Below, in pieces: positions 18,931 through 26,988 of a stretch of 64,000 nt of DNA. The stretch comes from a virus, in the IMG/VR virus record IMGVR_UViG_3300044966_000489; one strand, given 5' to 3'. Within the stretch, counting starts at the first letter, position 1; each line of letters starts with the position of its first letter. The translations under genes and the position numbers were made by a program. Under the pieces are notes generated by a model, which was given only the letters and a program-made list of their open reading frames with translations, did not search any database and was not told the origin of the DNA.

Positions 18931-19855
18931 AACGCTTCAGGTACTCTTGACCTTTACCTGTAAGCATTCTACCCTTTTCTGCAATTTGTATCAGATTATT
19001 TCTCAATAACCAAGTTTCAAAATCCTTTTGCAAGCTGGAACGAGTCATTCCAATAATCGCAGAAAGATTAGTGAGAGTCATTTCTGGTTTGCTCTTTAAA
19101 GTTTGCAGGATTCTCAATTCAATTTGATTGAGTCCCAGAGGTAAGATACTAAGCTTGTCTTTTAGAAGCTGCCAGTCATCACTAGTAAAGATCCTCTCTT
19201 GCTTTGTTTTTAAATAAGAGTCAATCTTGTTAGCCATGACTTGAGCCTGTCGAGCGTTGCCCCTCAAACAAGAAGAAATGTCATAAAGAGATTCTTCATC
19301 AAATTCACAATTCACACTCTTCTTAATTATCTGAGAAAGATCACCGTGAGAATACTCTTGAAGCTCAACTCTCTCAAGGCGATCAAGAAGAGCATGAAAA
19401 ATCAACTGAGGCTCAGTTGTGCAGAACAAGAAGCTCTGAACAGCAAAATCAAAATCAACAGAATAATCTGGAAGATTAAGAGTGTTTCTATTAGCAGGAT
19501 TAGGATTAAAAAGACTCAAGAAATTAATCTGAAGGCTTTTGGGCAATTCGCTGGCTTCATCAAAAAGCACAGTGACTTCTTTATTGGCTATCGCAGGAAC
19601 ATAGACATCATTAAAGAAACTCTCGGATGAAGCGATAGTTGCACAGTTAATCTCAATAAGTGGCTTGCACTTAGATTTATCTGCCTTGATAAGATTTCTA
19701 GCATACTGCTTTGCAATGGTAGTCTTGCCAGACCCTCGCGGAGCGACAAAAAGAAAATTAGGAGAGATTTGACTTTTCTCGTAAATATCAAGATAAAAAT
19801 CTAACTTATTCTTAACTGCATCCTGACCAATGATTGAATCAAAGCGATTACTCAT
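18893..19855 (-). CDS. ruvB: RuvB-like Holliday junction branch-migration AAA+ ATPase
   Basis: FDSIIGQ, PRGSGKTT Walker A, LFDE Walker B, ALLDR, RGNAR, C-terminal winged helix with E.WL and KGRMLT. Confidence 0.85.
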   Translation of the reverse strand: MSNRFDSIIGQDAVKNKLDFYLDIYEKSQISPNFLFVAPRGSGKTTIAKQYARNLIKADKSKCKPLIEINCATIASSESFFNDVYVPAIANKEVTVLFDEASELPKSLQINFLSLFNPNPANRNTLNLPDYSVDFDFAVQSFLFCTTEPQLIFHALLDRLERVELQEYSHGDLSQIIKKSVNCEFDEESLYDISSCLRGNARQAQVMANKIDSYLKTKQERIFTSDDWQLLKDKLSILPLGLNQIELRILQTLKSKPEMTLTNLSAIIGMTRSSLQKDFETWLLRNNLIQIAEKGRMLTGKGQEYLKRYEEKEEESNQPF

Positions 19856-19856
19856 A

Positions 19857-20105
19857 TTAAAATTCTTCCGAAACTGAAAAAGAAACGACTGGCTTTTCTT
19901 CCTTCGCAGGAGCTACCTGATTGGAAGGGGTTGGGGTTTGAGGGATGCTTTCGCCATCATCGACTAGGTTCACCTGTTTGGCGAACTTGATGCTGACTGG
20001 AATTCTCGCTGCATCGGTCATCTTCTCACGAAGCTGCGAAATGCTAACGAATACAAGGTTTTTGCCTCCCGTAGGACGGCCTCTGGTCTTCAAGAGTTCA
20101 CTCAT
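19857..20105 (-). CDS. hypothetical protein (RGRP AT-hook-like N-terminus)
   Basis: 82-aa ORF directly after a promoter. Confidence 0.6.
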   Translation of the reverse strand: MSELLKTRGRPTGGKNLVFVSISQLREKMTDAARIPVSIKFAKQVNLVDDGESIPQTPTPSNQVAPAKEEKPVVSFSVSEEF

Positions 20106-20113
20106 CGGCAGAC

Positions 20114-20142
20114 AGGCTAAACTAAGCTTTTGAAAAGGTCAA
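20114..20142 (-). promoter_or_regulatory. sigma70 promoter, near-leaderless
   Basis: TTGACC-17nt-TAGCCT, ATG 8 nt downstream. Confidence 0.6.
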
Positions 20143-20151
20143 GAGGGGAGT

Positions 20152-20379
20152 TTAGAAAATCTTTCCGAATCTGATCTGCTCGTTTTTCCCGCAGACCAGC
20201 ACCTCCAAACCAAAAACCATATTCTTCGATTCAGTAGTTGATGTACTCAAATGAGAGTTTAATTCTTTCTCAAATTCGTCAAGAAGATTAGAAGGAATGA
20301 TCACGGCATTAAAATGCTCGCCCAACTTGTACCCTCTGCCTTGAGCTTCTTGGATTGATTGCTGAATCTTTTGTAACAT
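20152..20379 (-). CDS. hypothetical protein
   Basis: 75-aa ORF. Confidence 0.55.
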   Translation of the reverse strand: MLQKIQQSIQEAQGRGYKLGEHFNAVIIPSNLLDEFEKELNSHLSTSTTESKNMVFGLEVLVCGKNEQIRFGKIF

Positions 20380-20380
20380 A

Positions 20381-20983
20381 TTAGTAAAGAAACCACTGCC
20401 AGTCTCTGTGCTTTTTTTCTATATTAATAATAAATGGGTGAGAATTGGGTTTCTTGGGCTTTTTAATTAAAGGAATCCCAAATTCTTCAAGAGTTTTATT
20501 AGATTTTAAACTATTAATTCTTTTATCGCAAGCTACCATGTTTTCCCAAGTGTTCTTGCCGTTTCTTGAGACGGGAATCAGGTGGTCTATATTTGCTTCT
20601 TCCTTTGACAATCTTCGGCCTGTATACTGGCAGGTCCAGTTGTCTCTTTCAAGGATTGCTTTTTTAGTTAATTTAGTGTGGTAGATCGGAACTTTTGAAA
20701 AGTTCTTGCTGATGACGACCGTCGGAATTCGAAAGGTCTGATAAGGAGAGGAGATCGAATAATCGAAATGGCGCACTGGCAAAGTCTCCCAAATTTCCCA
20801 TGAAACTGGTCTATAGTCTGGGTTTTCAAAATCATATTCTCCATCTACTAAAGGATAATTAATATCCATAGCAAGATATGAACCTTTGAATACCTTACTG
20901 ATGGCAGTTTCAATGCCTTCAGTCCCGATACCCATCCAATTTTTATTTAATTTTAGACAGGTTAGATTATCAAGGTTGAACAT
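20381..20983 (-). CDS. HNH endonuclease (McrA-like)
   Basis: ILERDNWTCQYTG, NIDHLIPVSRNG, WENMVAC..IN..KSN. Confidence 0.9.
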   Translation of the reverse strand: MFNLDNLTCLKLNKNWMGIGTEGIETAISKVFKGSYLAMDINYPLVDGEYDFENPDYRPVSWEIWETLPVRHFDYSISSPYQTFRIPTVVISKNFSKVPIYHTKLTKKAILERDNWTCQYTGRRLSKEEANIDHLIPVSRNGKNTWENMVACDKRINSLKSNKTLEEFGIPLIKKPKKPNSHPFIINIEKKHRDWQWFLY

Positions 20984-21398
20984 ATTCTTCAAATTTATTG
21001 TCTCCGTTTGAATCAACGGAGTAAAATATTTTCTTTGGATTCAGAAATTTAATCAAATTCTGGCAGGAAGTGCAAGGTTTAGAGTTTCTAATCTTGCCGT
21101 TTCTGTCAATCCTAGTGGTGACAAGATTGGTTTTAGTAAAGTCAATATTAGTAAGATTTTTAAACTTGATAAAAGCGTTAAGCTCAGAGCAGGTATATTT
21201 ATCCTTTACTAATTCACCATTTAAACCAGTCTTAGGATTCTTTTGATTGGTTGGATTGCTCTTATTAGAATTTTTGCCAATAGTAATTATTCTGTTCTTG
21301 TGAAAGATAAATGAAAAGTGTTGGCACCTCAGTTTAGAGTCTGTCTCTCGCAAAGCTTTTGTAAGACTTACGCACTTTTCTAAATGAGATTTTTTCAC
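20970..21398 (-). CDS. zinc-dependent cytidine/deoxycytidylate deaminase-fold protein
   Basis: HFSFIF..NRII..G.N, CSE (instead of HAE), SKPCTSC. Confidence 0.7.
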   Translation of the reverse strand: MKKSHLEKCVSLTKALRETDSKLRCQHFSFIFHKNRIITIGKNSNKSNPTNQKNPKTGLNGELVKDKYTCSELNAFIKFKNLTNIDFTKTNLVTTRIDRNGKIRNSKPCTSCQNLIKFLNPKKIFYSVDSNGDNKFEEYVQP

Positions 21399-21404
21399 AA
21401 GAGA

Positions 21405-21581
21405 TTACTTTTCGGCTTTTCTAATAACTTCTTTTATGAACTCGACGTAAAACGAATCCTCTTTCTTAGATTCTTTTGCCATGTCAATGATGTCTTTCTT
21501 CCACTTGGGCAGATCCTTGTATAGATCGTCCCAAGCTCGGGAATATTCATTGTTAATTTTTTTGCTCTTTGATTTTTGCAT
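21405..21581 (-). CDS. small hypothetical protein (not in ORF track)
   Basis: 58-aa MQKSKSKKINNEYSRAWDDLYKDLPKWKK... Confidence 0.55.
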   Translation of the reverse strand: MQKSKSKKINNEYSRAWDDLYKDLPKWKKDIIDMAKESKKEDSFYVEFIKEVIRKAEK

Positions 21582-21729
21582 ACTCTTCTTCCATGCAATT
21601 CTTAAGAACCTTCAAGTAATGAGTAAAGAAAGATTCTCCAATTTTAGAATTATCAGCGAGTTTATCTTGGCGATCTTTCTCATAACTAGCTTCTATAAGC
21701 TGTTGAACGAGTTTTAATGAATTGTCCAT
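21553..21729 (-). CDS. small hypothetical protein (not in ORF track)
   Basis: 58-aa MDNSLKLVQQLIEASYEKDRQDK..., directly after a promoter. Confidence 0.55.
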   Translation of the reverse strand: MDNSLKLVQQLIEASYEKDRQDKLADNSKIGESFFTHYLKVLKNCMEEEYAKIKEQKN

Positions 21730-21738
21730 ATATTTGGA

Positions 21739-21768
21739 ATATTATCGGGCAAACTTGATGGTTGTCAA
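21739..21768 (-). promoter_or_regulatory. sigma70 promoter
   Basis: TTGACA-18nt-TAATAT. Confidence 0.5.
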
Positions 21769-22091
21769 CTTTTTCTTGGTTTTCTTTTTTTAATTTTTCC
21801 TTTTGAAGATCCGTTAATTTTTTCTAAGAATTTTTCGCTTATTAATTCTACAAGTTTCAAGCCTAAAAATCCAGCAATAAAAGCAACGCCATTTTGGTGC
21901 TTGACATTAGCGATATTTAGAGCATCAACCAGAACAGGAGTCAAGAAGTTTGCGGCAGACATTCCGCCAACAAGAGACAAGACTACAGATTTTACATCGG
22001 TTTTTTCATTTTTTGTAGCCATCAAAATGGCCCCAAATAAACCGCTAATCAAGAACCCTAATTGAATTCCCATCTTTTGCAACTGTTCCAT
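21765..22091 (-). CDS. putative holin (3 TM, basic C-terminal tail)
   Basis: Three hydrophobic segments, AFIAGFLG motif, KKRKPRKS tail. Confidence 0.65.
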   Translation of the reverse strand: MEQLQKMGIQLGFLISGLFGAILMATKNEKTDVKSVVLSLVGGMSAANFLTPVLVDALNIANVKHQNGVAFIAGFLGLKLVELISEKFLEKINGSSKGKIKKRKPRKS

Positions 22092-22092
22092 A

Positions 22093-22713
22093 TTACTTTT
22101 TCTTTTTCTTTATAGGCTTCTTTTGGGCGACGGGATGGTTATCATGTTTAATTAAATACACTAACGCAATAATAATTAAACACAAACTATATAAGTATAT
22201 ATTTAATAATTGCGTTTCTTCTTTGATTTTCGTTTCTGAGCTATCATTAATCAAGGTTCTAAATTTATCTTTGCTCTCGTATATTCTCTTTTTGTAATCT
22301 AAATATTTTTCACTAAAGAACGCTTTGCTGTCCATTTTTTCAAAAGCTGGTCCTTCTACATCTTTTGCTAATTCATTGCTTATATCCAAGCAAACTCGAA
22401 ACTCTTTTAATTCCTCTTGAGTAAGTATTTTGGAAATAAAAACTTCGTTATTAAAATACTTTTCTCTTTCTTTCAGATGACCGTTGAATTGCTCTATAAA
22501 CTTTTTATCACCAGTAGCCGTATATGCAGCACCAAGATATGTTAAATGGTCTGTAGACTTTCTAAGGTAGAGAGTTATATCTCTACCAAATCTAAATCTA
22601 ACAAATGCTTTTTCTATATCTTTTAAACAAGATATTGAAAGAATAACTAAAAGCGCAGTTGGTAAAAGGATAACTAATAAATATTTCTTTATATTTGAGA
22701 ATATTTCGTTCAT
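22093..22713 (-). CDS. two-TM membrane protein with chemoreceptor/histidine-kinase-type periplasmic sensor domain and no cytoplasmic output domain
   Basis: TM-LRKSTDHLT...YTATGDKKF...LTQEEL...SNELA..E..AF...FSEKY...K..I-TM, then a short poly-Lys tail. Confidence 0.6.
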   Translation of the reverse strand: MNEIFSNIKKYLLVILLPTALLVILSISCLKDIEKAFVRFRFGRDITLYLRKSTDHLTYLGAAYTATGDKKFIEQFNGHLKEREKYFNNEVFISKILTQEELKEFRVCLDISNELAKDVEGPAFEKMDSKAFFSEKYLDYKKRIYESKDKFRTLINDSSETKIKEETQLLNIYLYSLCLIIIALVYLIKHDNHPVAQKKPIKKKKK

Positions 22714-22721
22714 TTTAGTTT

Positions 22722-23678
22722 TTATTTAATCCACTTTTGTTCTTTTAGAATTTCGTCTATTAGGTCTTTTTCATCTCTATCCATTTCTTTATCGAATCTT
22801 TTTAGTGCTTCTGTTATTGGATAAACTCTATCTGGAAATTCTTTTTGTCTTTCTTTAAGATCTTGTATAACGTCAACAATCTTAACAAGTGGGGCTTTAA
22901 ATTCTTCTACTTTGTCTTTTGAAGTGAAATTAGACATTTCAAAAGCTTTAGGAGTTAAAGCTTTTAATACAGAAATCAATGCTGACCCTAACATATTAAA
23001 GATTGAAAATGCAGCAGCGGCAGCAGGGTGAACTGTTGCTAGAAGACGAAGAATAACAAATAGGACTACAAATATAATAATTGTAGTTAATGTGCTAATA
23101 ACAAACTTCTTTAATCCCCATAATACAGCATTAAGACCAAACATTCCGCTCATTGAGTCTAACACTGCTTTATTTTGATCTGCTTCTTTGGCGACTTCTT
23201 TGGCTTTGTCAGTTAGTTGCCAAAGTTGATCATCGTATTTTTGATTTAGCTCTGACTTTTCTTTCTGTAATTTATTAATTATGTCGTCGCGTTGAGCTAA
23301 AAGTTCTTCTCCTTTTTTGCGCTCTTCAACTAAAGCAGAGTTTAAAAGATCAACTGTAGCCTTTATTCTCTTCATTTCATCAATATGAGGAGAACCAACA
23401 ATAGAGATTACTCTTTCATTTAACTTTCTGGCAGTATCTACTTGAACGGGGGCATTAGTTATCTGATTGAGAGAATGCTGAATTCCGACAGAAAGACCAG
23501 AGGTTTGAATCCTCTTGCCTTTGTCGTTTTTCTCCATTTCAACTAGAGTATTATCTACTTTCTTCTCTTCTTTAGCAATGACCTTTTGATTGTCGTCTAT
23601 CTGTTTAGAAGGTTTAATTGTAGAGAAGCATCCAGTTAGTATTAACAGGACGAAAGGCAGGAACAGAAGTTTCTTCAT
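22722..23678 (-). CDS. lipoprotein with coiled coil and C-proximal TM helices (spanin-like)
   Basis: Lipobox LTGC, long coiled coil, hydrophobic segment FVISTLTTIIIFVVLFVILRLL. Confidence 0.6.
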   Translation of the reverse strand: MKKLLFLPFVLLILTGCFSTIKPSKQIDDNQKVIAKEEKKVDNTLVEMEKNDKGKRIQTSGLSVGIQHSLNQITNAPVQVDTARKLNERVISIVGSPHIDEMKRIKATVDLLNSALVEERKKGEELLAQRDDIINKLQKEKSELNQKYDDQLWQLTDKAKEVAKEADQNKAVLDSMSGMFGLNAVLWGLKKFVISTLTTIIIFVVLFVILRLLATVHPAAAAAFSIFNMLGSALISVLKALTPKAFEMSNFTSKDKVEEFKAPLVKIVDVIQDLKERQKEFPDRVYPITEALKRFDKEMDRDEKDLIDEILKEQKWIK

Positions 23679-23686
23679 GCCTATTA

Positions 23687-23692
23687 TTACAC
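23687..23692 (-). promoter_or_regulatory. phage-specific GTGTAA promoter motif
   Basis: GTGTAATAATA 8 nt upstream of the ATG. Confidence 0.6.
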
Positions 23693-23713
23693 AATATAAT
23701 TAAAACAGCTTAA

Positions 23714-24997
23714 TTAATTAAATTCCCTATAATTGATAGCACCATATACCACAGAATCAGAAGAACCTAAAGGCAAGCAAGACAGAACAAGGACATCTCT
23801 TTTACCCGTAATGGAACATCCTAATTTCATTAAAGACTTTAAAGAATCAGCTTGGATGCTTGTTTTTGCTTGAGCATACCCACCAGCGATACTAAATCCT
23901 CCAGAAATAAGAGTTCCATTTGCTGCAACACTGTATTCTAATGCAGAATTAGTAACGCCAGTGAATGTTAATCCATTTATCCCAGAGGGATTTAAATATA
24001 ATTGCCATTCATAATTATCATTGCTAGTAGTGAGCAAACTAAGGTCTAAGATATCAATTGTAGCTCCTAAAAATCCTGTCTTTAATCTTGTCGCTAATAC
24101 TGCATTTGTAACGTTTTTAGTAGCTTGGACAGATGTACCTCCTGTTGAAATATAAGAATTTGTAGCGACTTCTTCTCTGCCTCCTTCGCTAATTACCGCA
24201 GAACAAATACAATTAATTGAAGAAACTATCCCTGTCCCGTCATTAATTATTTGATATCGCAAAGGTAGGTTAGGAGTAGACATGTAAACTGTCGTTAAGC
24301 TGTTCGCAGCAGAAAGCTCATGGACATAATAAGTAGTTCCTTCAACATTAAATCCAAATCTAACTCTTCCAACTCCAAGCCATTCAAAGTCCATCATGAA
24401 AATTTGAGTTTTTGTAAAATCTAAAGAAATCCTACTTGATCCTGTGCCATCCATTTTGTCAAGATTCCAAGAAGATTGAGGAATTGTGTTGTCTTGCGCT
24501 GAACCAGAAGTTTTTGTTCTCCTTACTAAATTAATAATTCCAGCATTGCATTCTAAAAATAATCCATTATCATCATCAAAATATCCCATTCTGGTAATAA
24601 TTCCTGCCCCGCCGCCAGATGCTTTAAGTATTCCTGTTATGAATATTAATTGACTCTTAGAAGGTTGATAATTAAACCTCATAAAAGTCTGACGAGTCCT
24701 TTTGCCAGCGGTAGTAGCAGATACTGAAAGAGTAGAAGAAGCGGTATTTACAGAATAGACTGAGGAAGTTCCAGACCCGCTCTCTTGAATGTCGTCCCAA
24801 TAAAGAGGTTGGTTATCGAATATTTGTTTACTGTTGAAGATCATCTCAGGATTAGAGATCCTAAGTCTACCAAAAGCGTCTTTACCGCCAACGCCGCCAC
24901 CAAAATCAGAGTCTAATATTGGTCGCCATTTTTCCAAAAGTGTATCATAAATATAATTCGATGATACATGGGGAAGATTTGGAGTTAGATCGTACAT
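23714..24997 (-). CDS. putative virion structural protein (beta-rich)
   Basis: DAFGRLRISNP, YQPSKSQ, DFEWLGVGRVRFG, NLPLRY motifs typical of a widespread phage family; Ser/Thr/Gly-rich. Confidence 0.65.
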   Translation of the reverse strand: MYDLTPNLPHVSSNYIYDTLLEKWRPILDSDFGGGVGGKDAFGRLRISNPEMIFNSKQIFDNQPLYWDDIQESGSGTSSVYSVNTASSTLSVSATTAGKRTRQTFMRFNYQPSKSQLIFITGILKASGGGAGIITRMGYFDDDNGLFLECNAGIINLVRRTKTSGSAQDNTIPQSSWNLDKMDGTGSSRISLDFTKTQIFMMDFEWLGVGRVRFGFNVEGTTYYVHELSAANSLTTVYMSTPNLPLRYQIINDGTGIVSSINCICSAVISEGGREEVATNSYISTGGTSVQATKNVTNAVLATRLKTGFLGATIDILDLSLLTTSNDNYEWQLYLNPSGINGLTFTGVTNSALEYSVAANGTLISGGFSIAGGYAQAKTSIQADSLKSLMKLGCSITGKRDVLVLSCLPLGSSDSVVYGAINYREFN

Positions 24998-25007
24998 ATA
25001 CACTTTA

Positions 25008-25013
25008 TTACAC
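25008..25013 (-). promoter_or_regulatory. phage-specific GTGTAA promoter motif
   Basis: GTGTAATAAA immediately after a terminator, 10 nt before the ATG. Confidence 0.6.
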
Positions 25014-25014
25014 T

Positions 25015-25037
25015 AAAAAGCCGCCTTTCGGCGGCTT
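25015..25037 (-). terminator. intrinsic terminator
   Basis: AAGCCGCC-GAAA-GGCGGCTT followed by T-run. Confidence 0.85.
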
Positions 25038-25046
25038 GAGTGTTTT

Positions 25047-25298
25047 TTAATCTGGTCTTGAAGGAAATATCCCTTGAGTACAAATTATATACTTCAAAGT
25101 AGTTCCTTGAATGACTGGAGTTTTATTTAAATTAGGAAGAGCAAAAGTATGAATCTTATCTCCTCCATATTGATTTCCTATTAGCGCATACAAGGCTTGG
25201 TATTGCGAGATTTGTAAAATTTGCCCATCACAATACATATAGTCATGAGGGCAAAAGTTTCCAGCGATTAGTTTTACTGCTCCTAAAAGTTCATCCAT
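25047..25298 (-). CDS. phage tail collar domain protein
   Basis: LGAVKLIAGNFCP..YMYCDGQIL.I.QYQALYALIGNQYGGD...FALPNL; YIICTQGIFPSR. Confidence 0.9.
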   Translation of the reverse strand: MDELLGAVKLIAGNFCPHDYMYCDGQILQISQYQALYALIGNQYGGDKIHTFALPNLNKTPVIQGTTLKYIICTQGIFPSRPD

Positions 25299-25308
25299 AG
25301 ACTATTTA

Positions 25309-25815
25309 TTACACCAATTTAAAAACATCACTAGGCTTACCTCTGATATTTTTTCTTTCCCCGACTTTCTTAATAGTGTTTCCAAGAACCATTTCTTTAA
25401 TTTTAAGATATAGTTTTGGGTATGGAATCTTATTTGTAACGAGGAGATCTTTCATGGTAAACTCTCCTTTTGGAATCTTTAATTCAGCTTGAGTGTTTTC
25501 AACTTGTTCTTGCTTATTAGCCAAGATTTCTTTATGCCTATTGATGGCAATATCAAGAGAAAGGCAATCAAAGCCAATCCTGCCGAAAGCATTATCATTA
25601 GGATAAACCCACTTGGCTTCAATAGTTTTGCCATGAAACACGAATTGATCTTGTCTCTTAGGCTTAACCAATTCATATTTTTTAGTTTTAGTAGACTCTT
25701 TTGTCTTTTCGTAGATCATCCAGCCGCCTTCAAGCTTTTTTATGAACTTGAACTGGTAACCTTTGTGAGTGAATTCTTTGGGAACCAAGAGATAACCGTC
25801 CTTATCTTTTTCCAT
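25309..25815 (-). CDS. hypothetical protein with probable C-terminal winged helix
   Basis: C-terminal FTMKDL...IKKVGE..RGKP..VF; its Val-stop forms a GTGTAA motif. Confidence 0.65.
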   Translation of the reverse strand: MEKDKDGYLLVPKEFTHKGYQFKFIKKLEGGWMIYEKTKESTKTKKYELVKPKRQDQFVFHGKTIEAKWVYPNDNAFGRIGFDCLSLDIAINRHKEILANKQEQVENTQAELKIPKGEFTMKDLLVTNKIPYPKLYLKIKEMVLGNTIKKVGERKNIRGKPSDVFKLV

Positions 25816-26005
25816 TTTTTCTATATACTTTGTTATACTTGCTGATAGTCTGCTTCATCAGGATATTATCTTTTGAAACGACAACATATTCGTCGTCAAT
25901 CAAATGAAGTAAGTCTCCTGCTTGGAAATTATCCCCCACTTTGGGTTGGTGGTATTTTTTTAAGTCTTTTTCTTTGAGTTCCATGATGTTTACTGGTCTG
26001 TTCAT
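25802..26005 (-). CDS. hypothetical protein
   Basis: ORF in the array; start uncertain. Confidence 0.5.
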   Translation of the reverse strand: MNRPVNIMELKEKDLKKYHQPKVGDNFQAGDLLHLIDDEYVVVSKDNILMKQTISKYNKVYRKNGKR

Positions 26006-26096
26006 TGTTAACTGGTTTATTCCAGTTAATCTCATCATAGTTAGATTTGAACTGTTTACTAAAACAATTTCTAGGATTGCTTCCTTTTCCGTTCAT
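25929..26096 (-). CDS. small phage protein, GKGSxPR family (not in ORF track)
   Basis: MNGKGSNPRNCFSKQFKSNYDEINW..., 55 aa. Confidence 0.5.
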   Translation of the reverse strand: MNGKGSNPRNCFSKQFKSNYDEINWNKPVNNEQTSKHHGTQRKRLKKIPPTQSGG

Positions 26097-26262
26097 TTTG
26101 TTCGTTTGATAACAGAGATTCCATTATTTCAAGTCTTGTTTTCTCAGAATACTGAGTCCAATCAGCGATTTGCTGCCAAGACCTGTTGCAACCTGTACAG
26201 AAACCATCTTTTAATTTACAAAGTCTGATGCAAGGGGTTGAAACCTTAGCAGCAGTGTCCAT
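26071..26262 (-). CDS. DUF1289-like Cys-rich protein
   Basis: TPCIRLCKL..GFCTGCNRS..QIADW. Confidence 0.8.
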   Translation of the reverse strand: MDTAAKVSTPCIRLCKLKDGFCTGCNRSWQQIADWTQYSEKTRLEIMESLLSNEQNERKRKQS

Positions 26263-26431
26263 TCTTTTGTTGAGTTATCTGCTTTCTACCATCAACCATG
26301 TCGTAGAATTTAGTATAATAGTCTTGAATAATCTTATCAATATTCTTAACTATGCGGTTTGGTTGTTCGCTGGCATCAATACTGCGAATATTTTTTGCCA
26401 GTTCGTTCAATAGTTTTTTATTTTGCGACAC
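26246..26431 (-). CDS. hypothetical protein
   Basis: GTG start at 26431 next to the cupin stop. Confidence 0.45.
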   Translation of the reverse strand: MSQNKKLLNELAKNIRSIDASEQPNRIVKNIDKIIQDYYTKFYDMVDGRKQITQQKNGHCC

Positions 26432-26432
26432 T

Positions 26433-26783
26433 TTAGTCTCCTTTTTCAATTCTGTAGCTGTCTTCATCGAAGTGCTGAGTGCTAATTTCAATAATTTCGC
26501 TATCTTTAAGAGCAGAGAATTGGTGGATCATCCCTACTGGGATATGAAAACTATCACCTCTAGACAAGGTAATCCAGTGACTTCTTGCAGTTTTTTCGTC
26601 CATGCCATAATGCAAGACAATTTTTCCGCTTTGAACGTAGAATGTTTCATCTTTTATCTTATGATAATGAAGACTACACTTGCGATCTTTAACAACGAAA
26701 AGAATTTTGCCGCAATACTTGTCATTGTTAACGATCCACTTCTCATATCCCCAGCCTTTGGGCACAAAATGCAGTTTTGACAT
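26433..26783 (-). CDS. cupin protein (sugar isomerase/mannose-6-phosphate isomerase-like)
   Basis: KGWGYE, SLHYHKIKDETFYV, HQF, EISTQHF.EDSYR. Confidence 0.85.
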   Translation of the reverse strand: MSKLHFVPKGWGYEKWIVNNDKYCGKILFVVKDRKCSLHYHKIKDETFYVQSGKIVLHYGMDEKTARSHWITLSRGDSFHIPVGMIHQFSALKDSEIIEISTQHFDEDSYRIEKGD

Positions 26784-26784
26784 A

Positions 26785-26988
26785 TTACTTAAGAAAAGAT
26801 TCTATTTTCTTTATCGTCCCATAATTGTTATAAACATAATCAAATATCCAATCCTCTGCCCTTTCAGACATATCTAATTGAGAAAGTAAATTACTATACA
26901 AAATATGCTGCTCGTCTTTTAGTTTATTAATTTTTCTGCGCGTTTCTTTAATTAGTTCGCGCTGTTCATCAGTAAATTTCATATCCAA
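26785..26988 (-). CDS. hypothetical protein
   Basis: 67-aa ORF. Confidence 0.55.
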   Translation of the reverse strand: MDMKFTDEQRELIKETRRKINKLKDEQHILYSNLLSQLDMSERAEDWIFDYVYNNYGTIKKIESFLK

